Positions 52,370 through 63,270 of a DNA stretch of 64,000 nt are shown here, piece by piece (within the stretch, counting starts at the first letter, position 1; each line of letters starts with the position of its first letter). Below the pieces are notes generated by a model, which searched no databases, was not told where the DNA came from, and was given only the letters and a program-made list of their open reading frames with translations. Origin of the DNA: Narcine bancroftii (Eukaryota); the NCBI RefSeq assembly GCF_036971445.1, contig NC_091480.1, forward strand, positions 23,870,001 through 23,934,000. Direction: 5' to 3'. A program made the translations under genes and the position numbers.

Positions 52370-52439
52370 TTTCAATTACTATCAAGTTAAAGCCTTTTTG
52401 TCTGGTAAAATAGGTTCCAGTTAACATTACTTAGGCTAA

Positions 52440-53345
52440 GCTGGAATTATCGATTTGTAATAGTAATGTAAATAAATTTATTTCTGTCATGTATAATTTA
52501 CTTTAAAGGAAAGTCCCAAAATATGGGTGCATACATTGAAATTAAGATGAGAAGTGGATCTAAATATACAAATAAATGAGAAAGATTCGATGGAACTATG
52601 TAAGAATAATATGACAAAAATTATAAATGTTAGATGTAGCTTAGTTAAATATAACTTTTTGCATCAGTTATATTTGACTCTACAAAAACTAAATCATACT
52701 TATGTTTTCAGTGTGGACGTGAGATTGGAAACTTTTCTTGCATTCTACTTGGCAGTGTCCTAAAGTCAGATATGTTTGGTTGGAAGTCGGTAATTTTTTT
52801 TGGAACGGATTACGGGGGTCAACATTAAGGTTACTCAATAAGAGCTAAATTAAAATTAATTATGTCTTAAATTGAATTTGTAGAAATTGCATTAGGCAGC
52901 CTCTAGGAAATATATAGCAAGAACATGGAAGTCAGATATAGATTTAGATATGGAAAGATGGCATGCAGAACTTCGTAGCTGTATACCATTAGAGAAGATT
53001 ATTTAGAGTTTACAAAATAAATACCATTTGTTTTGGAAGATATGGCTTCCATATTTACAAAATGTGGGTTTGTACATTTGAAGACCTCACTTCTTGGTAT
53101 CCTCCAATGTTAAATCTTATGATACAAATTGTTTATTCCCTTGGCATTCTCCGGTCCTTCTTTCTTCAATCTTTTTTTCTTACTTTTCCTTTTCTTTCTA
53201 GGAGATTTTGGGGGAGGGGAGGGAGGTGGTGGTGGGGGGGGGGGAACAGTTTGTTTTATATACCATGTGTATAACTTACTGAAATAATTTTTGAATTTAA
53301 TGAAATGTAATTAATATTGTGGTTCAAAATTTATAAATAAAATCA
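52440..53345 (+). mobile_element. L1 3' fragment (decayed)
   Basis: LCKNNMTKIINVR..LVKYNFLHQLYLT, CFQCG.EIG.FLH.TWQCPKV and W..ELRSCIPLEKI, similar to 7749-8250. Ends AATAAA. Confidence 0.85.
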
Positions 53346-54187
53346 CTTACACTCTTATTTTATAGAGCTAATATCCAAAATGGAAGATGGCATATGCATG
53401 TTCATTCCACGTGGAAAATTCATCTCCAATTACAATGACAAAAATTTCAAAACATCTTCCTGCATAACATTTTGCCACTCCAAAGCTTTAAAGGAAGGAG
53501 CTGAGAACATTATAGATAGATACCTTAACTACAATCTTGCAATTTTTTTTCTCTATTTTGAGTTGTTCCTTTGGATTGTATTATACATCTCACTTTACTA
53601 TTTATGAAAGGAAATCAGTTATTTTCAAACCCGCAGTTGAGAAATCACTCGAGTCTATAATTAAGAGTAGAGTGGACATTTTGTAAAATGTTCAGTTGGA
53701 GAGACCGAAAGCAATCTCTTCACAGGCATCTTTATTCACAGTCACTGTATCTTTGATGCTCTTTTACAGAACTATATATTGACATTTGCTGATTATGAAA
53801 ACTTAAGGAGTATTGTACAGTATTTCATTCAACCCCAGAAGAGCTGTCTGCAGGATTTCATGAGAACTTTGTGGGATTCTCCACTGAGACACTGGCGAGG
53901 ATCTCCTTGGGGTTTCCTTGCAGTCCTTGTACCTTTTCACAGAGCTTGTGATTGAAATAATGGCTGCAAAGTTCCACTGGAACACCAAAGTTTCACTTGG
54001 AAACTCGAAGAAGTGGGATCAAGATACCTTTGCAAGTCCTTGGAAGTGCTAGTTGCAGATTATTACTGTGGAATACCAAAGAACAATGCATTTCATGGTC
54101 TATAGTTGTAAGGTTTAATAAGGCCATTTCAGATAGCCCAAAAGGTGAGACGTAAAGGCGGAGAAACTCCGCCAAACTGCATAATCG

Positions 54188-54814
54188 CCTACTTTTCTGA
54201 ATGTGCTGAGTTGGTCTCTAAGCTGGATATTCCAACCCCTCTGCGAGGGATAATCTCTGCTGCGTAGCCCTCCGCCGATCAATCTGAATGTACAGCTGCG
54301 CTAGGCGGCTGTTTCGGGGTGGACTGATGATGCTATCAGTCCATGACCCATCTCCCCACTCACCCCTCTCCCTCCAAGTCAGGGGCAATGGGGCAGTCAG
54401 GGCAGCTGGGGCTGGCAAGACAGCGAGGACCATTGGGGGCTGGCGAGGCAGAAAGGACCGTCGGGGCAGTGGGGGTTATCAGGGGGCGGCCAGTGCAGGC
54501 TGGGACAGCTATACTGGGCTGTTTTGGCCTTCGGAGCCACTCTCTGTGGCTCAAAACGTAGCAGCGCAATGGCTATCTTCCCTACCCATAATCCCCAACA
54601 CTGCTGGAACTGTTCTGGTAACCAAAGAGCAGTTTCAGCTCCCTGGGGGATTATGGGTAGGGAAGACGGCCATTGTTCTGCTACATATTTCTGCTGGGTG
54701 GTTCTATGGCACAAGTTGCCCCACCTCTGTTTGATCCGGAGGGCACTACAAGGTGCCTCTGGATATGAATGGGATGCTGGAGCAGCCTTTTAGGGTTGCT
54801 GTCTGAAAAGTAGG
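54188..54814. mobile_element. Candidate GC-rich non-autonomous DNA transposon (Harbinger-like?)
   Basis: Terminal inverted CCTACTTTTC.GA / TCTGAAAAGTAGG and an internal long hairpin. No clear TSD. Confidence 0.45.
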
Positions 54815-55329
54815 TTCCCATTTTTCCATCCACTCTGTAACCAGTCTCAAGACGGAGGCCCGACATGAAATGGCCGATAGAAACCACAAGGAGGACCACA
54901 TTGATGTTTCAGTGATGACCCCCACAATGTTCTGGTTACAAGATTTTGAAACCTCGCAACATGCCGTTCACAATTTTCTTTCCATGAAAATGCTGGTTTC
55001 AAGGCTTCAGAGGGAAGATCCAGTAAATTCTAAGGGAAATACAGGGAACAAGAGGTTACAGGATTTCACTAAGGATCAGCAGAAAATACAGGTAGCCAAG
55101 ATTCTTAGGGTCATGATGCTTATGGGGTTTCATCGTGCAGCTCCAGGTTTATGAACTTTCACTAAGATGATGGCATGCTGGATGCGAGGTTTAAGGGAAT
55201 CCCAGGAACACATTAGATACAATGTTTCACTGTGAAACCAAGGAAATTCTAGGTTTAATTCAAAAACCCCATGTAACTTCTAATTCCAAGGTTTATTTCA
55301 AGGAAACTCCAATAAAGACAGGATTCCCC

Positions 55330-56545
55330 TTGCCCTTACCTACCACCCCACCAGGCTTTACATCCAACATATTATCCCCCCATAATTTGGTCACCTACAA
55401 AATGATTCTCTGTACTCACCTCTCCACCTTCCACATGTCGACTCTCATGTTGACTCATCCCTTCCCACTAATTGCCCCTGCAGTAGCTACCCTTGTGACC
55501 GCAGGAAGTGCCTCTCTTGCACCCACATCTCTGCCCTCACCACCATTCAGGGCCCCAGTCTTTCCAAGTAAAGCAACACTTCACTTGTGAATCTGCAGGA
55601 GACATCTCCTGCATCTGATGCTAATGTTGTGGTCTTTTCGACATCAGAGAGACTGGACGTCTACTGGGAGATGGCTTTGTTTTGAGCATCTTTGCTCTGT
55701 CCGCAGCAATGATGGTGGACGCCTACTGGGAGATCGCTTTGTTTTGAGCATCTTCGCTCTGTCCGCAGCAATGATGGTGGACGCCTACTGGGAGATCGCT
55801 TTGTTTTGAGCATCTTCGCTCTGTCCGCAGCAATGACGGTGGACGCCTACTGGGAGATCGCTTTGTTTTGAGCATCTTCGCTCTGTCCGCAGCAATGATG
55901 GTGGACGCCTACTGGGAGATCGCTTTGTTTTGAGCATCTTCGCTCTGTCCGCAGCAATGATGGTGGACGCCTACTGGGAGATCGCTTTGTTTTGAGCATC
56001 TTCGCTCTGTCCGCAGCAATGATGGTGGACGTCTACTGGGAGATCGCTTTGTTTTGAGCATCTTTGCTCTGTCCGCAGCAATGATGGGGATCTTTTGTGG
56101 CCGCCCCTTTTGATTCTGTGCCCCACTCCTACACCAACATGTCTGTCCAAGGCCTTGTGCACTGCCATGCCAAGGCCACCTGCAAATTGGACGAGCACCT
56201 GATATTCCATCTAGATACTCGACAACCGGATGGCATTAACATTGAATTTTGTTTCTATTAGGCCACTCCCCAGTCTTTCCCTCTTTCTCCTCTCTTTTAA
56301 CTCTCCACCCCCTTCCCTCTCCATTCAGAATTATTACTTCTCAGATTTCTTTCTTTTGTGTCCTCCCTTCTCCATCCACCTATGACATGTTTCCTGTGGA
56401 CCTGTGCTCCTCTCCCTGCCCCTCTCTCCACCATTTTATTTGCTTTTTGCTCGAGGGTCAGGACCAAAATGTTGATTTGGATGCTTTATCTTTGCAATAT
56501 AAAAAACACTGCATGACCTGTTGAGTTTCTCCAGCATTTTTTGCA
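55330..56545 (+). mobile_element. Penelope-like element 3' part with internal tandem expansion
   Basis: C..RKCLSC.H, HFTCES, ETGRLLGDRF.EHL.SVR, KLDEHLIFHLDTRQPDGINIEF, and terminal GACCTGTTGAGTTTCTCCAGCA. Confidence 0.85.
55655..56088. repeat. 62-bp minisatellite, 7 near-identical units
   Basis: Unit GGACGCCTACTGGGAGATCGCTTTGTTTTGAGCATCTTCGCTCTGTCCGCAGCAATGATGGT. Confidence 0.97.
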
Positions 56546-57169
56546 TGAACCTCCAACAAGAGTTGGTTATAGTGTTTTCACAGGAGAACTCGGGAAATGC
56601 TGGTTAGAAGGATTCCCAGTTCACGGTGGATTGAGGGTTACACTGACGAAGCCTGGCCAGTCCCTATTGAAATCATGGTAAATAATTGAAAGAGTTCCTC
56701 TTCGCCAAAAGTGAGAAAATATTCTCCCATCACTTTATCCTTTGTTGTTCATTTTCTATTGCTCTTTAAAACTGCAACTCTTGGAAGGTCAAGTAAATGT
56801 TTTAGCAAAAATTAATTCCACTGTTCTCATGTCATTTAGAATAGCTCTTCCCTGTGAAGAAGTCTATGAGTCACCAAGGTCTCCTGCGAAATATGCTGAC
56901 AAGAGCTTTGCAGGTTTTGTATTTCTTTTACCTCGAAAAAAGTGAATGTGCGGTTGGTTTGCCTTCGAAATCTATTTCTCAGTATCAATCAACAAAAGAA
57001 GCTTTTTCAGCTCTTGTTTGAAGTCAGATCATTTTAGTTTGGTCTGCATTTTCACATTCCCACTCATTTCAAAGTCAAAAGGTCTGTATCAGAAAAGTTG
57101 AACACAGCCATGATTCTGATCCCAAAGGATCCAATGGTCTATCCTGGATATCAAGCATTTCTGCTGTGA

Positions 57170-58362
57170 TGAAGGTTATATGGACAGACATATACCATAG
57201 AAACAAGCTGTTCTGCCCAATTTGTTCATGCTGACCAAGTTTCCGACATGAACTAGCCCCATTTGCCTGCAAATGTCTTTCCCAAGTTATAATTACATCC
57301 GCCTCTAACACATACTTTACCAGCTGGTACCATATACCCAGCACTCTCTGTGGAAAAGGTTCCCTCTCAGGCCCCCTTTTAATCATTCCCCGGCTCATTG
57401 TGAACCTATGCCCTCTAGTTTTAGACTCCCTACTTTGGGAAAACTCACCATTCACCTTTCTACACTGCTCAGTATTTTCTGAATTTCTGTAAGCTGCCTT
57501 TTAGCTTCCTACACATCAGGAAAAAAACTCTGCCTATCCAATCCTTCCTCACAATCCAAGCCTTCTAGTTCAGGAACATTCTTGCTAATCATTTTAATCT
57601 TTTACAGCTTCATGACATCTTTCTCGTAGCTGGGAGTACTGTGTACAGTGCTGGTCACCAAGTACAATCTCACCAATGTCTTATACAGTTGTATCAAATC
57701 TTGCCAACTGATGTACTTAATGACCAGACCAATGAAGGCAAGTGTGGCAAATGCCTTTTGCAACACCATGCCTGTGTTGTCACCATCAGGGATCGATGTG
57801 CCTGGTCTCTTTGCTCTGCAACAATTTCCATGTCCTGCCATTTACTGTGGAAGCCCTGATCTGGTTTAACTTATTAAAATACAATTTACACTTGTCCTAG
57901 TTAAATTCCACCCCCCTTTCCTTGACTCACTTCCCAAGTTGATCCAGATCCGGTTATTGAACATTACAGCACAGTACAAACCCTTTGGGCCACAGTTTTG
58001 TGCTGACGTGTACAAACCTTCCCAACAAGCTACATCTTCCCCACCTCACATTCATAACTCTCTATCGTTCTTCCATGTATGTGCCTGTCTAAGACTCTTT
58101 CAAATGCCCTGATAGTACCAGCCTCCACCAACACCCCGGCAATCCATTCCAGACACCCACTACTCTGTGTAAAAAAAACTTATCCCTGATGTTTCCCCTA
58201 AACTTCCCATCCTCACCTTGAATGTATGTCCTCTGGCATTTGTTAATCTCACACTGGGGAAAAAAGTGTTGACTGTTCACCCTATCTATGGGTCTCATAA
58301 TCTTGTAGACCTCCATTAAATCACCTCTCATCCTACGAAGAGAAATGCCTAGCTCTGTTAAT
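57170..58362 (-). mobile_element. Two adjacent CR1 3' fragments (57170-57955, 57960-58362)
   Basis: KTRGHRF...FPQRVLGIW, QLYKTLVR and MRGDLMEVYKIMR.IDRV...FFLHRVVGVWNGLP. Confidence 0.85.
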
Positions 58363-58528
58363 TGTTATGCTTGTTCTTTCAAGAAACACTAAACCAACTT
58401 TATTTTCCTTGAGCTGCTTCAACCGACTTCTAGCAACAACACCTATCATATGTCTCTTCCGGTTTCCACCCAACCACACACATTGCATGCTGGAAAATAT
58501 AGTTCTTATTTACACACATAATAACACA
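58363..58528 (-). repeat. 3' LTR (about 165 bp) preceded by a polypurine tract
   Basis: TG(TG)TTAT...ATAACA termini, PPT at 58529-58539, AATAAA at 58399-58404 (-), ZNF143-like ACTATATTTTCCAGCATGC and ETS-like CCGGAAG. Confidence 0.8.
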
Positions 58529-58611
58529 TCTTTCCCCTTAAAATAAATAAAAAAAACACAATACTATGTCTACATAGCAAAAGTATCTCCATTCCAGGGT
58601 TGGTCTCTTTC

Positions 58612-59340
58612 CATCAGATGACTTCTGGCTTCACAAATTCATTCAAGTTTGTTCAGGGCATCTGCAAGATTCAGCTGAAGTTCAGAAATCCATAAAGAGG
58701 TGTTTTGTTTGCTCTTCCTTTACCTGTTTCTCAGCAAGTTCATGAAGAGTCACCAGTTGATTTTGCTGCTTCAGTTCTTCAACATTACGATAGGTCACCA
58801 GATGCTGAGAAATAATTTCAGAGGAGCTGCTTATGTCAGCAGAACTAATGTAATCTTCACGTAAAATATGATTTCCTCGCATATCTTCTCGTTCCCTCAA
58901 AAGTACCCTGCTGTTAAGGCGCTTGCATTTCGCATCTCTGATTCTCCCTGTTGAGTAATAAAGCATGCTTATTTGCTTCATTAGAGCATTTCTGTAAATG
59001 GTGAATTTCCTTCATGGCACCTTCTAATTTAGCTGAGAGATTTCCCACAGATTTTTGCATTCGTTCATATTCTTCACACTGGCACTTCAGAAGCAAAGCT
59101 TTCATCTCCACTTCATTCACAATTTCATCCAAATAGTTTTCTCTCTCTTATTTTCCTGTTTTGCCAATAGCAATTGATCTTGAGCTTCAACATATCCATT
59201 AGACAACTCTGTGAGCTTCACAATCTTGGTCACAGTTGTTGCAATGGGAGACATAGGTGCCACTCCCGCTTCTGATAGTGTGGTGGCTCCTTTAAGCTTT
59301 GTAGTTGAAAGAAAATTGTTTTTTTATTTTCTAATTTCTC
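58612..59340 (-). pseudogene. TPR: Processed TPR (nuclear basket protein) fragment, about human residues 350-605
   Basis: LS.TK.KGA..LSE....[99 protein letters not shown]. No introns; frameshifts and a stop. Confidence 0.92.
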
Positions 59341-59751
59341 ACCATGAAGACACTCTTCAAGTTGTTTTCTTCAGAGTTCAGATCCTTGTATTGATAAATT
59401 CTTATCCTCTAATGCAGCCATTCTTTCTTTTAGATGCAGCTGAAGTCACTCATCAGAGTCTCTAAATGTCGCAAATATTCTTCTGCACTGCCAGGCCGTT
59501 CTTCAGCCTTTGTCAGAGCTACAATTCACTAGGCAAGTTCAGCGTCTACTTCTGGTAATGTTTCTGCTCGCTTCATCGTTTGCTGAAGTTCCAGATGTTC
59601 CTGTAACTCTATTTTTGTCTTCTGGCTGGCGTAAGAAGGCATCCTTATTTTCCAACTCATTTTCCAGTTTGTCATTCATGTCATGTAATGAGGTTGATTC
59701 TCTCTGTACATTAAGGTATCTCTTCTCCAGTGTAGTCAACCTTCCTCCCAT
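59341..59751 (-). pseudogene. PPFIA2: Processed liprin-alpha (PPFIA2/4-like) coiled-coil fragment; paralogue uncertain
   Basis: [82 protein letters not shown]. No introns; internal deletions. Confidence 0.9.
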
Positions 59752-60897
59752 GAGTGTTGTGTGCTTATCTTCAGTCTGTGAAGCCACTATGAAAACTCTT
59801 TTCACCAGGCCGAGCTCTTCACATGCACACAGACTTAATATTGGCTGAACTCTCCTTTCTACAATCAGCAGCTGTGGCTTTAGATGCTGTCCTTTGTGCT
59901 TGAAGGTCATCATACAGCCTCCTTTTACTGGAACTTTCTCTCCAGTCTAGCCTGTCACTTTTAATCTCACAGGATAAATCTTGTTCTTTATAGTGAGGGT
60001 CTTGTAATCATCCATAATAACAGATTCACTTGGGCTCCAGTGCTCATCTTCAGTGGAATTACTTATTCATTCAGCCACTGGACGATCCATTCCATTTTTA
60101 CCGCAGCAGTCTGTAGTGAATCCATTTTTTTGTCCACTGTGTGCACCTTTCTCTTCATATCCCCTGTTTTGCAGCACTTTGCAAAATGATTCTTCTTTCC
60201 ACATTTATAGCAGGACTTTCCTTAGGTAGGCACATCTTTGGAATATGTCCACCTCTGCACCTACTGCATTTGTTGTCTGAGCTTACTACTTTGCTTTGTT
60301 GTTGTTTTGGGAAACTCCTGGTGCCCTGCTTAACTGTTTTCATTGCATGCACTGTTGTGTCTATCCTGTGCAGCTCCTTCGCTTGTTCTCATGTGGTCTC
60401 TGCTGCCCTACACATATTCACAGCCTTTTCCAGAGTAAAATCTTTTACACACAACAGTCTTTCTCTAAATCTATTATCTGGGATTCTGCAAACTCTTCTG
60501 TCTTTAATGAATGAATTTTTGAAATCTCCAAATTCACAGGAATTACTCAGTGTGTGAAGCTCGGTTAAGTATTGTTCAAACCTCACATCTGGATTCTGGT
60601 CACAAGAGAAAAACTTGAATCTCTCAAATGTGATGTTTTCACTTGGAGCAAAATACTCCTCAAATTTTGTCATCAGAGTGTGCATTGTTAAAGCTGTCTC
60701 ATCAATTGAAAACTGTTATAGATGTCCAAGGCATCTTTACCTATCACATGTAGAAACATAGACACTTTCCGTTTTCCATCAGTCTCTCCCATTCCACCAG
60801 CCTCTAACTAAATGTTGAATCGCTGTTTGAAACATTTCCAGTTGTCAGCTAGATTGTCGATAAACTGCATCGGTGTGGGAGGACTCAACTTATCCAG
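59752..60897 (-). pseudogene. Gypsy gag + aspartic protease, decayed
   Basis: (L/M)DKLSPP..NLADNWK.FKQRF, KFEEYFAP..NITFERFKFF...Q, LKDR.VC.I.D...RERLL...FTLEKAV..CRAAE, two zinc knuckles (CSRC...H...C; KNHFAKCC), a degraded DTGAQVN and QPILSL.AC..LGLVKRV. Confidence 0.88.
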
Positions 60898-60940
60898 GCT
60901 TACAAACTATTATCTTCTCTTACTCTCTCAGACACTATGT

Positions 60941-61262
60941 GAAAAAAAATTACCCCTGACGTCTCCTCTGAACTTTCCTCCCTTCACTTTGTACTGATGT
61001 CCTCAGGTGTTTGCTTCTCTAGTCCAGGGGAAAAGGTGCTGGCTGTCTACCTTATCCATGCCTCATAATTTTGTACACCTCTATTAAGTCATCTCTCATC
61101 CTTCTTTGCTTGCAAAGAGATAATCCCGAGCTCTGCTAACCTTGCCTCATAAGACATATTTTCCAATCCAGGCAATATCCTGGTAAATCTCCTCTGCATC
61201 CTCTCCAAAGGTTCCACATCCTTCCTGTAATGAGGTGAACTGAACTGAACACAATATTCAGA
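60941..61262 (-). mobile_element. CR1 fragment
   Basis: EYCVQFSSPHYRKDVEPLERMQRRFTRILPGLENMSYEARL.ELG. Confidence 0.88.
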
Positions 61263-62179
61263 GTTATTATCCAAGATTATTGTTATCACCGCCTTCACCA
61301 GAGGAAATTTTGGTGTCATGCACAAACTAACCAACCATGCCAACTACATTCTTATCAGAACCTCCTCCTTGCTGCTACAACTACCAGTGGTGAAACATTA
61401 CATTGGTTAAATTGGACAGAGCTGGAAAATGTGTGCTGGGAACACAATTAACATTTAAAATGCCCTCACATAGGTCAAACACAAAATCCCATTGCAACAC
61501 AACCTTATTGCACCACAATCTTGCCCAAATTGGTAAGCGAACCACACCTGCCTGCGCCAGCACATGTTGATGAAAGCTGGAGTGCAACTTGAAAAGTGCT
61601 GCGCTCATCAAGGCTGGTGAAGACCGAGCATAAAGCAGCGAAGAAGATGTATCCATTCAGAAAGAGAACATGCATCTCTAAATTGAAAGGTAGACACGAG
61701 TCAAAGGCAATCAATAAGTACCTCCCTATCCTTGCAGATCCATATGTCAATGCTGCCTGGTGGTCTCTGCTAAGATAGAAGAAGATTTCAGCTCTCCTTC
61801 TGTGCAGTGCATTTATAACCAGTTTCTACTCTGTGGCTTCAGTTGTGAAGCATTTTAGCAGAGACCAGTTTATTGAAATTAAGTATTCCAATACTTAATG
61901 GGATGGGATAGTTGGTCTGCAGGTGAAGAGAGCTAGTCAGACATTGTCTGCACTAGATTCCATCCTACAGTCCTGTGTAACATCCCATTTCATTGGCAAT
62001 TGAGACCCACCAGAGGCGGTGACGGAGCAACATTGCAGGAGGCACAGCCCTCTGCATCTTCCACAACAACTCCCCCTCCTCTGCCCATCTTCTGTACTTC
62101 CACAACCCCCTCCCCCCCCCCCCCCACCCCCCAAAGGGCCATGTAAAGGTCTTTCTGATATCAATCAACATCTTCCCTC

Positions 62180-62600
62180 AGCTGGTGAATCAGTGCTTTT
62201 CCATTTTGAAGTCAATTTTGAGTTTGAACTCAGGCAAATAGGAGATCAGGTGATACACTGGGTAGAGTTTTCATGGTCCATCACCAAGGGCGACTTGGTG
62301 GCAAAACAGACTGAACTGGCTGAATTCTTAAGGACAGAGCTTCAGACTGCATATGCTATAATTTGTGAGTGAATCAACACAAGGGACTTGTGACCTCAGT
62401 CTCACCAATCTCCCTTATGCTTCCACATCGCCCATAACGACTTAGTGGAGGTGATCAATGCTCTTCTGAAAACAAGGTCCAATCTTTACACAAGGATATC
62501 TTCCATTATGTTGTGAGACACTAATATAGTGTAAAATTGGAGAGAGTCCAAACAGATGTTGCAGTTTTCAACAGTGGGCTGACAGCAGATCCTGATCAAT
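62180..62600 (+). mobile_element. Ancient CR1/L2-group endonuclease remnant
   Basis: Degenerate GTCCATCACCAAG.G...TGACCTCAGTCTCACCAATCT (VHHQ.W...DL.LTN-like). Confidence 0.45.
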
Positions 62601-62879
62601 GCACTGTCTTCTCATTCTCCTTATACCGCACTCCTGAAAGTACAGTCACCAATGGATCCAAGTCTGGGAGTAATCATATTTTACTGAAGCTTCAAGTCAA
62701 AGCTTACAAAGCTTCTGCAAAAAAGCATCTACCCTGATATGGTGCAGAAGTCCAACTCCAGTCTTATTTCAACCAGAGCTCAAAATGCATTTGTGATCAG
62801 TTCTAACTCAATCCTGTGAAAGAATTATCCCTTCAGGTGGGGAAAGTAGAGAGATAATGCTGCTTGATTTGCATGGAGA

Positions 62880-63270
62880 TGGCTAAAAACACCCACAATG
62901 CTGGAGAAACTCAGCAGGTCAAACTGTGTACTTTAGAGTGTAAAGATAAAGATACATAACCAATGTTTCAGGCTTGAGCCCTTCATCAAGGTATGAACAG
63001 AATGTAGGCAGGTGCCCAAACAAAATGGATGGGGGGGGGAGGGGCAGAGGAAGCAGTACAGGCCCACAGGCAGGAGGTAACTGGTGGATGAAGGAGGGAG
63101 GGCACACCAGCAAGAAGAGGTAGCTTTGTGAATGGAGAGGGAAGGGGTAGAGAGTTGGAGGGGATGGGAAGAGTGGGGGAATGGGGAGCAGGCTAGCAGA
63201 AACTGGAGAAGTCCATCTTAATGCCATCTGGTTGGAGAGCGCCTGGACGGGAAATTAAGTGTTGCTCCTT
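62880..63270 (-). mobile_element. Penelope-like 3' fragment/pLTR
   Basis: TGCTGGAGAAACTCAGCAGGTC...GTTTCAGGCTTGAGCCCTTCATCAAGG, a purine tract and TTAATGCCATCTGGTTGGAGA (LQPDGI on -). Confidence 0.8.

Larger units (their letters stand above)
58363..60940 (-). mobile_element. Gypsy-type LTR retroelement with pol replaced by captured liprin-alpha and TPR cDNA fragments; 5' LTR lost
   Basis: Minus-strand order: ACA + PBS-like TAGTGTCTGAG, gag, protease, liprin, TPR, short spacer, PPT AAGGGGAAAGA, LTR TGT...ACA. Confidence 0.88.

Noticed and set aside
55655-56088. 62-bp periodic array as CRISPR
   Set aside because: The whole unit repeats with no variable spacer, and it derives from Penelope coding sequence.
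58612-59751. TPR/liprin matches as exons of a resident host gene
   Set aside because: No introns, with stops, frameshifts and deletions, and embedded between gag-pro and PPT-LTR.
61937-62372. Poly-Pro/poly-Gly ORFs
   Set aside because: Produced by a C homopolymer next to an ancient LINE remnant.
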